Assembly (NCBI RefSeq): GCF_000020385.1
Contig: NC_010814.1
Location: forward strand, 1,140,001-1,172,000
DNA length: 32,000 nucleotides
From: Trichlorobacter lovleyi SZ
Lineage (GTDB): Bacteria; Desulfobacterota; Desulfuromonadia; Geobacterales; Pseudopelobacteraceae
Direction of reading: 5' to 3'
Shown here: positions 22,754 through 30,337 of the stretch, one piece after another
Layout of the letters: each line of letters opens with the position of its first letter
Position numbering within the stretch: the stretch's first letter is position 1
Notes under the pieces: generated by a model
Database searches by the model: none
What the model was told of the DNA's origin: nothing
The model's input: the letters and a program-made list of their open reading frames with translations, nothing else
Position numbers and translations under genes: made by a program

Positions 22754-23656
22754 TTAAGTTGTTGCAGGTCCTTCCAGATTGGTCAGTAGATCCAGCAGTT
22801 CTTTTTCATCTATCCCGCAGCGTTCAATGATCAGTTCACGCAGCGCGGTTGGCAGCGGCGCGCAGAGCGTCAGCCGTGTCTCAGGGGTGGGATGCTGCAG
22901 TCTGGTGCGGAAGGAGTGCAGGGCAATGCCCGGCAAGGTGGCCAGCGGTTGTGCATCATAGCGCTTGTCTCCCAGCACTGGATGGCCGATTGCGGAGAGG
23001 TGGCGCCGGATCTGGTGGGTCCGGCCGGTAACCGGTTCAACCAGAAGAAACGAGCAGCTCTCTCCAACAGACAGGCTGCGGTAGCGGCTGATGGATTCCT
23101 TGCCATCCAGCGGCTGGCTGATCTCGCCGATGCCTTCCAACATCCCTTCCACTACGGTCAGGTAGATTTTGTCCAGCCCTTCTTCCTTGACCTGCCTGCC
23201 CAGGATACCGGCGTTGGATGAACTGGTAGCCAGCAGCACCACGCCGGAGGTGCCGCGATCAAGCCGGTTGACCGGATAGGCCCGTACCGGGTAGTTGGCC
23301 TTCTTTTCCAGCCAGGCGGAGGCGATGTCGGCCAGATTCTCATCCACCTCGGCAGCGGGGTGCATGGCCAGTCCGGCCGGTTTGTTGATGGCCAGCAGGC
23401 GATCATCCTGCCAAAGTAAGTCAATCGGTGGTAGCGGTCTGTTCAGGAGTTCCAGCACTTGGCCGCTTTCCTTCAGGCTGATGATAGCGCCAGCCGAAAG
23501 CAGGGTGTCAGGTGATGATTTGGTGCCGTTCAGGGTGCAGGCGCCGGACTTGATCAGTTTGCGGCAGTAGGCAGGCAAGGCGGTGGGCAGGAGGCGTTGC
23601 AGCCAGCTTTCCAGCCGGCGGCAGTGGTCATCAGCAGTAATGGTGTAGGTGAGCAT
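22754..23656 (-). CDS. RluA-family pseudouridine synthase (S4-like N-terminal domain plus catalytic domain)
   Basis: LLAINKPAGLAMHP, catalytic NRLDRGTSGVVLLA, and GRTHQIRRHLSAIGHPVLGDKRY. Its stop codon directly abuts the stop of the convergent Asn-tail gene. Confidence 0.9.
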   Translation of the reverse strand: MLTYTITADDHCRRLESWLQRLLPTALPAYCRKLIKSGACTLNGTKSSPDTLLSAGAIISLKESGQVLELLNRPLPPIDLLWQDDRLLAINKPAGLAMHPAAEVDENLADIASAWLEKKANYPVRAYPVNRLDRGTSGVVLLATSSSNAGILGRQVKEEGLDKIYLTVVEGMLEGIGEISQPLDGKESISRYRSLSVGESCSFLLVEPVTGRTHQIRRHLSAIGHPVLGDKRYDAQPLATLPGIALHSFRTRLQHPTPETRLTLCAPLPTALRELIIERCGIDEKELLDLLTNLEGPATT

Positions 23657-23727
23657 GGGTCAGTACCTTCTTGATTTCGGTTGGGCAGGGGATGCGTGTC
23701 GCCCGGTGGGATGAGCCGGGATCGGTG

Positions 23728-24546
23728 CTATGCCGGTCGGGCGGTCCTGGATTGCCATGAGCGCTTTGGTGTGCCTTCGTACACGATGTGGGCGCAGGAC
23801 AAGGGTAAAAAAGCGCCTTCGGTTTCCTGCGAACTTTCGAGGAAGCAGGGGGGCATGCCGGCAAACGTCATGGGGAATCTGAACAGGTGAAACTCCCTGG
23901 CCGAAAACCCCAGGTCAAGTGACAACGCCGCTACCAAGCCTGCATAATTCATCCGCAGTAGCGGGTTGTCCTTCAGCAACACGCGTTCTACATCAAAGGC
24001 AAGCCGCAGATAGGGCCCCTGGTCCAGGCATAGTTCGCGGGCGCAGTCAAGAAGCCAGGGAAGACGTTCGTCTGCTGACGTAATCGGACGTCCATAGCCG
24101 TATATGCGCCGTGTCTGCCGCTCACTATGAATAATCTCCTCTACGTGCTCGCCTTGTGCAATCTTCTTTCTGGTCCGCATAAAAAAATCAAAGGCGCTGA
24201 TAGAAGGATATCCGCCATAAACCGTGGCTTCGGATACGGCAAGTGAGGCAGCAAGCGCAAGTGTTGGCGTGCTGCGGGAGCTGCCTGCCAGTGCCGCAAC
24301 CCGGTTGTTCCAGATACGGGCGTCCGGGTAGCTGGTATAGACCCAGATAGCGTGCAGCAGGCGTAACTGCTGAGGGGTGAAGCGACGGCCGGTGATGCCG
24401 AAGACAAAGAGCTCAACCCAATCCATGTCTCTCAGTTCGGCATGGAGGTCGTGGCCGCGGAACACGGCACGTTCACCGGGGAAGCAGGCTCCCATACGGC
24501 TTTTCAGGCGGTCGGTATGCTGTTGTAAAAAGTCGGGACCGTTCAT
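23728..24546 (-). CDS. Citrate-synthase-fold / citryl-CoA-lyase-like protein (272 aa), divergent
   Basis: Its length and blocks resemble the citrate synthase C-terminal core: SEATVYGGYPS (compare LHGGA), RRIYGYGRPITSADERL (compare GFGHRVY..DPR) and LRMNYAGLVAALSLDLGF (compare NVDFYSG). Its start overlaps the upstream stop as ATGA. Confidence 0.65.
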   Translation of the reverse strand: MNGPDFLQQHTDRLKSRMGACFPGERAVFRGHDLHAELRDMDWVELFVFGITGRRFTPQQLRLLHAIWVYTSYPDARIWNNRVAALAGSSRSTPTLALAASLAVSEATVYGGYPSISAFDFFMRTRKKIAQGEHVEEIIHSERQTRRIYGYGRPITSADERLPWLLDCARELCLDQGPYLRLAFDVERVLLKDNPLLRMNYAGLVAALSLDLGFSAREFHLFRFPMTFAGMPPCFLESSQETEGAFLPLSCAHIVYEGTPKRSWQSRTARPA

Positions 24547-25349
24547 GGGCTGCCTCCGGCCGGGTCATTCTCCAGCTCAATGGAAAAGAACGGAAATTTT
24601 TTGTAGCCAAGCTGTTTTTGTTCCAGTGCATGGACCGCTGCCCCGGGCAGACGTAGCAGCAGGTAGAGCATCTCCCCCTGCTCAGGGGTAAAACCAAGGT
24701 CAACCAAGGCAGCGGCAGCCACACCGCTCAGGGCCAAGGGGAGGCCTGCTGCCGTCTCAAGGTCTGAGAGATGTGCCTGTAACCAGGGGAGCAGTGGTGC
24801 GTCACTAATTTCTGCCAGGCAGGTGAGCGTCTGTAGTACCGGTGTGGCGGTGCTGACGCCATGGGGGTCAAATCCGGGGGGATGAGCAGGCGCCGGCCAG
24901 AGAGAGACCGTTGTATCAGCGGGCATGGCAAATCTGGTGTACCAGGAAGCAAGGTCTGTACCGCAGGCGTTCCATAGTTCCATAGATAGAAACAGTTCGC
25001 GCCCTCCGGAAAGCTGCCCCGCGCCCACGGCCAGGGCGGCAATCAGGCATGAGGCCGCAGTGGAGCCACCCACACCGCCGCACATGGCAGCGTGTACCGA
25101 TTGGTCACGGGGGCCGGGGTTGGCCAGTGCCAGTGCAAGGGTATCCAACAGCCTTGTTTGGGTGTCTGTGGGGGCCTCGCCCCTGAAAAGCAGATAGAGC
25201 ATTTCAGTCCAACGGGCCTGGCCAAGCAGTTCTCCGTAGACGTCATAGCCGTGACAGTAGGCCGTCTTTGCGGCGAACGGATTGTCCGGCTCCTGCTCTT
25301 CCAACCAGATGCGGGTGTGGATCTGTTCCGGCTTTTTTGGGGTGCTCAA
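24543..25349 (-). CDS. Second citrate-synthase-fold / citryl-CoA-lyase-like protein (268 aa), divergent
   Basis: YCHGYDVYGELLGQARWTEMLYLLFRGEAPTDTQTRLLDTLALALANPGPRDQSVHAAMCGGVGGSTAAS resembles the 'LLL.GELP....l....l.l.adH' region of citrate-synthase-like proteins. It is a paralogue-like partner of the downstream gene. Confidence 0.6.
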   Translation of the reverse strand: MSTPKKPEQIHTRIWLEEQEPDNPFAAKTAYCHGYDVYGELLGQARWTEMLYLLFRGEAPTDTQTRLLDTLALALANPGPRDQSVHAAMCGGVGGSTAASCLIAALAVGAGQLSGGRELFLSMELWNACGTDLASWYTRFAMPADTTVSLWPAPAHPPGFDPHGVSTATPVLQTLTCLAEISDAPLLPWLQAHLSDLETAAGLPLALSGVAAAALVDLGFTPEQGEMLYLLLRLPGAAVHALEQKQLGYKKFPFFSIELENDPAGGSP

Positions 25350-25512
25350 TGTGCGTACCTGTGGATGGAGTGGTGGTTGCGTGCCGAGCTGCTGCTTGCA
25401 TATTTCGATAATAGCGTTAGAAATGCCATAGCTCGTTTTGTTTGTAAATTAGATAAAAAATGTTGGAGAACCCGGCAAACGGGCATGCACTGAAATTTGA
25501 AGCTAAGGGGAA

Positions 25513-27207
25513 ATGGTGATGAATGCTGCGGAAGTGATCGTCAGGTCTTTGGAAAAACATGGTGTTACCTGTGTGTTTGGTGTCCCTGGCGGTGCTATTG
25601 AGTCACTTAATACGGCCCTGTACAAGAGCTCGATCTCGGTGATTGTGGCAAAGCATGAGGAAGGGGCCGCTTTTATGGCTGATGGGTATGCCCGGGTGAG
25701 CGGCGTTATTGCGGTTTGTTGCAGTACTGCCGGTCCAGGGGCAACCAATATGATTACCGGCATAGCCTCAGCTTTTGGAGACTCCATTCCGGTCATTGCG
25801 TTAACCGGTCAGGTCTCTACCTCATTGTTCGGCAAGGGGGCCATTCAGGAATTTTCAGTTCAGAGCTTCGGCATTGTCAGCATTTTCCGGCAGATCACCA
25901 AATACAGCGACATCATTATAAATGAGAACAAAGCGGGCGAGATGATCTCCAGGGCACGCCGGTTGGCCTTAACCGGCAGAAAGGGACCTGTCCATCTTAA
26001 TCTTCCTGCCGATATCATGAAGCGCAAGGTGACCGATGACAGTCATGAACGTTGCAGCACTACGCAGGTGTTGGGGTTTGACAGGGAGGCCGTTAAAAAG
26101 GCTGCGCAACTTCTTCTTGGTGCCAAGCGGCCGGTGATAGTTGCCGGCTGGGGGACTGTCCTTTCACGGGCTGACAAAGAACTGTTGGAACTTGCCGAGC
26201 TGCTGGATATCCCTGTGGCTACATCGCCAAAAGCAAAGGGGATACTGAGTGAGGTGCATCCGCTCTCACTGGGGGTGCTTGGATTTGCGGGATCGCCGGT
26301 TGCGAAGGAATATATCCTCAAAAGGGATGTTGATGTGCTGCTTGCGGTGGGCACCAGTTTCAATGAATTTGTGACCTCGGGCTGGGATAAACGGCTGCTG
26401 CCGATGAAGTCCTTGATCCATGTGGATATTGACTGCAATGAGATCGGCAAAAACTACTATGTGCATGTCGGCATTGCAGGCGATGCTGCCACTGTTCTGC
26501 GTGAGCTTGTTTTTGAGATAGGCAGAATCAGGAAAGGCAGGCGTATAGAAAACACCAGGCGTAAAGAGGTTGAACAGGTCAGGGCCGCTTTGCTGGTAAA
26601 AACGAGAAAGCAAAATAAAGCATTGTACAGTCCGCACCGCCTGATTATGGACCTGAACGAGGCCTTGCCAAAAAATACGCTCTATTTTGCGGATAACGGC
26701 AACAGTATGGCCTGGGCAATTCGCTATTTGACGATAACTGAACCCTATTCATTTTATGTCGGCCTCGGTTTCGCCTCGATGGGGTTTGCTGTCGCGGCGC
26801 CGATCGGGGCCAAGCTTGCAGCAGGAGACAGGCCGGTTGTCGCCCTGGTGGGTGATGGTTCTTTCCTGATGAACGGCATGGAGGTCGCCACGGCAGTTAA
26901 TTACAATATTCCGGTTATCTGGGTGATCATGAATAACGCCATGCTGGGAATGGTGTACCACGGCAGAAAGCTTGCCGGGATTCCGGAGGGGATTCCGTCA
27001 GGGTTTAAGCCGGTTGACCATGTCAAACTGGCAGAGGCATTAGGCGCCCGGGGGATCAGAATTACGACGCCGGGGGAAATAAACCGGGAATTGATGGATG
27101 ACATACTTGCAGCCGGGGTTCCGACCGTACTGGATGTCATTATCGATCCGGAAGAGGTTCCACCCATACATTCCCGCATTTCTTCACTGGAAAAACTTTA
27201 CACATGA
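25513..27207 (+). CDS. Thiamine-diphosphate-dependent enzyme of the acetolactate synthase large subunit (IlvB/POX) superfamily
   Basis: The N-terminal Pyr domain reads GVTCVFGVPGGAIESL...HEEGAAFMADGYARVSG...GPGATNMITGIASAFGDSIPVIALTGQV. The ThDP motif reads GDGSFLMNGMEVATAVNYNIPVIWVIMNN. The start may be ATG 25519, which is better spaced from AAGGGG. Confidence 0.88.
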   Translation: MVMNAAEVIVRSLEKHGVTCVFGVPGGAIESLNTALYKSSISVIVAKHEEGAAFMADGYARVSGVIAVCCSTAGPGATNMITGIASAFGDSIPVIALTGQVSTSLFGKGAIQEFSVQSFGIVSIFRQITKYSDIIINENKAGEMISRARRLALTGRKGPVHLNLPADIMKRKVTDDSHERCSTTQVLGFDREAVKKAAQLLLGAKRPVIVAGWGTVLSRADKELLELAELLDIPVATSPKAKGILSEVHPLSLGVLGFAGSPVAKEYILKRDVDVLLAVGTSFNEFVTSGWDKRLLPMKSLIHVDIDCNEIGKNYYVHVGIAGDAATVLRELVFEIGRIRKGRRIENTRRKEVEQVRAALLVKTRKQNKALYSPHRLIMDLNEALPKNTLYFADNGNSMAWAIRYLTITEPYSFYVGLGFASMGFAVAAPIGAKLAAGDRPVVALVGDGSFLMNGMEVATAVNYNIPVIWVIMNNAMLGMVYHGRKLAGIPEGIPSGFKPVDHVKLAEALGARGIRITTPGEINRELMDDILAAGVPTVLDVIIDPEEVPPIHSRISSLEKLYT

Positions 27208-27276
27208 AGATTTGATGGTATAAAAAATTAACGTTGTAACAGTGGGTAACCACAATCACCACAGAGGGATAGCCCC

Positions 27277-29394
27277 ATGAAAAAGAGGACGTCGGTTCTA
27301 TGCGTATCTTTTATGTTGTGCCTGGGGGCTGGCACAGTGGTTCAGGGGGCTGATGCCCCTCTGGCCCAGCCGGATACGGTTGTAGCCCTCAATAATCCGT
27401 CTGAGAGCAAAGAGCTGCTCATGTTTTTTGAGGAGCAAGACCTGGTTACCGCCACCAAACGTCCCACCTCATTACGCAAAGCCCCTGCTATCGCTACGAT
27501 CATAACCGCCGACGAGATCAGAAACATGGGAGCCCGCAATCTGCTGGATGTACTGAAGATGGTGCCTGGCTTCGGTGTTTCCATCACCGAGTTTGGCGGG
27601 AATATGGTCGAGGTACGTGGCATCAGATCTTCGCTCAGTGAAAAAATTCTGGTCATGATCGACGGTCATTCTCTGAATAGAAATTTTACCGGAAGCGCCT
27701 TGTACCGTGTGGCAGGTATGCTCCCGATGGAGAACATCAAGCAGGTGGAGGTGGTACGCGGGCCGGGCTCTGCTCTCTACGGTACCAGCGCCTTTGTGGC
27801 AACCATCAATATCATTACCCGCACTGCCGAGGAAATAGACGGCTTTGAGGCCAAGGCCGGCGGAGGGAGTTTTGACAGCTTCAAGGGTAACCTGCTTGGC
27901 GGTAAGACGATTGGTGATAATCTTACCGTTGTGGGCAGTCTGGATCATTATCAGTCGCAAGGCGCAAAGCTGAGCGTTGGCGCTGATACGCTGACCGGCA
28001 CACCGTTTTCAAAAGCCCCCGGTACACCTGATCTTTACTTTAAGCAGACAGATGCCTTCCTGAAGGTCGGCTATGGTGATCTCTCCTTTCGAGGCCACTA
28101 TCTTACCAAACAGGAGGGGATGTATGTAGGTATTGTATCCGCCCTCACGGACGATTCCAGTAAAGCCCAGGTTGATAACTATTGGGGTGAGCTGGCTTAC
28201 AACCTGAAGCTGACAGATGATTTTTCAGCGAACCTGAAGCTTTATTACGATTATTTTGAGCAGGACCCCACCATGAAGATCTACCCGAACGGATTTATGG
28301 GCCTCTTTCCGAACGGGATGATCGGCAAACCGCTGGTAAAGAATCGTACCATTGGCGGGGAGTTACAGACGGATTGGGATCTGTTCTCGGGAAACCATCT
28401 GATTGCCGGGGTTTCCTTTGAGGAAATGCGTCAGTATGATGTTCAGCAACTGGCCAACTTCAATCCGTTGACCGGTGCGCCGCTTGCTTCTGTTCAGGAG
28501 GTGGCTAACTGGAACAAGAATGTGACCCGCCAGGTCTTTGCCGCCTATCTTCAGGATGAATGGCAGCTGCCGGCTCAAATCAACCTGACTGCCGGTCTGC
28601 GTTATGACCACTACAGTGATTTTGGAGATACCATAAATCCGAGAGTAGGGCTGGTTTGGAGCTTTCTGGAGGATGCCGATCTGAAACTGCTGTATGGTCA
28701 GGCGTTCCGAGCCCCAAACTTTCAAGAACTGTACAATATCAACAATGCAACGGTGATCGGCAACCCAAACCTCAAACCTGAACGGATTCAGACCTACGAG
28801 GCTGGCGTGGCCTGGCGTTTAAACCGCTACTTTGCAGCGAACCTGAACTACTTTATCAGCACTATCGATGATCAGATCGGTTGGGTCCCTTCAACCACAG
28901 CAGGCCAGCCTGCGCTCAATGCCAATATCGGTAAAACCGAGACACAAGGGGTTGAGCTGGGATGTAACGGATCACTGGGGACCGACCTGTATTGGAAGCT
29001 GAACTATACCTATCAGGACCCGCGTGATATCAGCAATAATAAACGACTGCCCTATGTGCCGTCGCAGCGTGTCTCCGGCAGTATCAACTACGCCTTGACC
29101 AAATACCTGAACCTGCATACCGACCTGCTCTGGACCGGAGTGCGTCCACGGGATACAGGCGACACCAGGCCGCAGATGCCCTCCTATACGACGGTTGATC
29201 TGGCCGCGACACTTAAAAACTTCTATAAAACCTTGGAAATACAAGCAACGATCCGGAATCTCTTTGACCAGCGCTACAAAGATCCTGATACCTCCGGGGG
29301 AGCGGTAAACCTTACAAAGACGGCACCGAAGGTTCCCGGAGATTTTCCCCGTGAAGGGATATCCGGGTTTGTGACTGTGTCATACCGGTTTTAG
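27277..29394 (+). CDS. TonB-dependent outer-membrane receptor
   Basis: Signal peptide, then a plug domain (VTATKRPTSLRKAPAIATIITADEIRNMGARNLLDVLKMVPGF ... VEVVRGPGSALYGTSA). A long beta-barrel follows, ending in the typical aromatic terminus ...FVTVSYRF*. Confidence 0.9.
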   Translation: MKKRTSVLCVSFMLCLGAGTVVQGADAPLAQPDTVVALNNPSESKELLMFFEEQDLVTATKRPTSLRKAPAIATIITADEIRNMGARNLLDVLKMVPGFGVSITEFGGNMVEVRGIRSSLSEKILVMIDGHSLNRNFTGSALYRVAGMLPMENIKQVEVVRGPGSALYGTSAFVATINIITRTAEEIDGFEAKAGGGSFDSFKGNLLGGKTIGDNLTVVGSLDHYQSQGAKLSVGADTLTGTPFSKAPGTPDLYFKQTDAFLKVGYGDLSFRGHYLTKQEGMYVGIVSALTDDSSKAQVDNYWGELAYNLKLTDDFSANLKLYYDYFEQDPTMKIYPNGFMGLFPNGMIGKPLVKNRTIGGELQTDWDLFSGNHLIAGVSFEEMRQYDVQQLANFNPLTGAPLASVQEVANWNKNVTRQVFAAYLQDEWQLPAQINLTAGLRYDHYSDFGDTINPRVGLVWSFLEDADLKLLYGQAFRAPNFQELYNINNATVIGNPNLKPERIQTYEAGVAWRLNRYFAANLNYFISTIDDQIGWVPSTTAGQPALNANIGKTETQGVELGCNGSLGTDLYWKLNYTYQDPRDISNNKRLPYVPSQRVSGSINYALTKYLNLHTDLLWTGVRPRDTGDTRPQMPSYTTVDLAATLKNFYKTLEIQATIRNLFDQRYKDPDTSGGAVNLTKTAPKVPGDFPREGISGFVTVSYRF

Positions 29395-29442
29395 CAGGGG
29401 AACGACTGTTTGAAGGTTCTTTTTTTATATCTCTCTGTAGCC

Positions 29443-30324
29443 GTGAAACATTGCCGCCATTCTGTCATCGCACTGTTGTTTCTTTGCGTGCTGCAATTCT
29501 CCTCCACTGCTGCTGAAGCTGCAAAAGTTCTTGTCGTTGGCGATATCAAGTATGCTTTTGTGGCCGGTGTCGCGGCAGACATTCAGCTGGCGGTAAGGTC
29601 ACAGGTTAAGGAATATGCGGTCTCGGAGACCAGGGGGCGGCTTGCTGTAATCGTCGAGCGGGAAGGTGCTGAAGTTGTCGTTGCGCTGGGTGCTGATGCC
29701 GTTGCCGAAGCGTTGCGGCTGCCGCCCTCAATTGCCGTTGTCTATGGCCTTGTTGTTGTCCCGCCCAGGTCCGGCAGGTCAAATGTTACCGGGGTCTACA
29801 TGTCCCCTCCGGTAAGTGAATATGTTACGACGGTCCGGCGGTATTTCCCCTCGCTCGCCCGGATGTCGGTCGTGGGCAGTCAGTCCATGTTGCGGAGCCT
29901 GCTTGGTAACGATCATGCCCAGGTAGCGGTGCATAGTGTCAGCAGCTCATCCGAGCTTGTTACTACCGTCAACCGGCTTGCTGATGCCAAGTCGCTGCTG
30001 CTGCTGCCCGATTCCAATCTGCTGACCGCTCCGGTCATGTCAAGTGTGTACCTGTTTTCCTTCAGAAACAATATCCCTGTGCTTGGTATTTCAGAAGCCA
30101 ATGTGAAGCAGGGCTCGCTGTTTGCCCTGGTTTTTGACCCCAAGGCCGTCAGCCGTCAGATCGGCGAAAAGGTGCAAACCATCTTGAACGGTGGTGATGC
30201 CGGAGAGCTGCCTGCTTCCGCACCCAGACGGTATAACCTCTATGTGAATAGCAATACCGCCCAGAAAATGGGGGTTGAAATACCCGATGAGGTGCTGAAG
30301 AAGGCGAAGAAGGTCTATCAATGA
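29443..30324 (+). CDS. Periplasmic 'ABC transporter substrate-binding'-like protein (ABC_sub_bind type) not linked to any ABC transporter
   Basis: With GTG 29443 the N-terminus is a canonical signal peptide (KHCRHSVIALLFLCVLQFSSTAAEA|AK). The C-terminal YNLYVNSNTAQKMGVEIPDEVLKKAKKVY matches the family's '..iN...A..lGi.iP..ll..A' ending. The alternative TTG 29410 is the track's start. Confidence 0.7.
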   Translation: MKHCRHSVIALLFLCVLQFSSTAAEAAKVLVVGDIKYAFVAGVAADIQLAVRSQVKEYAVSETRGRLAVIVEREGAEVVVALGADAVAEALRLPPSIAVVYGLVVVPPRSGRSNVTGVYMSPPVSEYVTTVRRYFPSLARMSVVGSQSMLRSLLGNDHAQVAVHSVSSSSELVTTVNRLADAKSLLLLPDSNLLTAPVMSSVYLFSFRNNIPVLGISEANVKQGSLFALVFDPKAVSRQIGEKVQTILNGGDAGELPASAPRRYNLYVNSNTAQKMGVEIPDEVLKKAKKVYQ

Positions 30325-30337
30325 GATCATTCCGGTT

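Noticed and set aside
27208-27276. A cobalamin or other riboswitch upstream of the TonB-dependent receptor, and a TPP riboswitch upstream of the ThDP enzyme (25350-25512).
   Set aside because: The 69-nt leader is too short for a riboswitch. I see no conserved riboswitch core (for example a B12 box, or the CUGAGA / ACCUGA elements of the TPP riboswitch) in either region.
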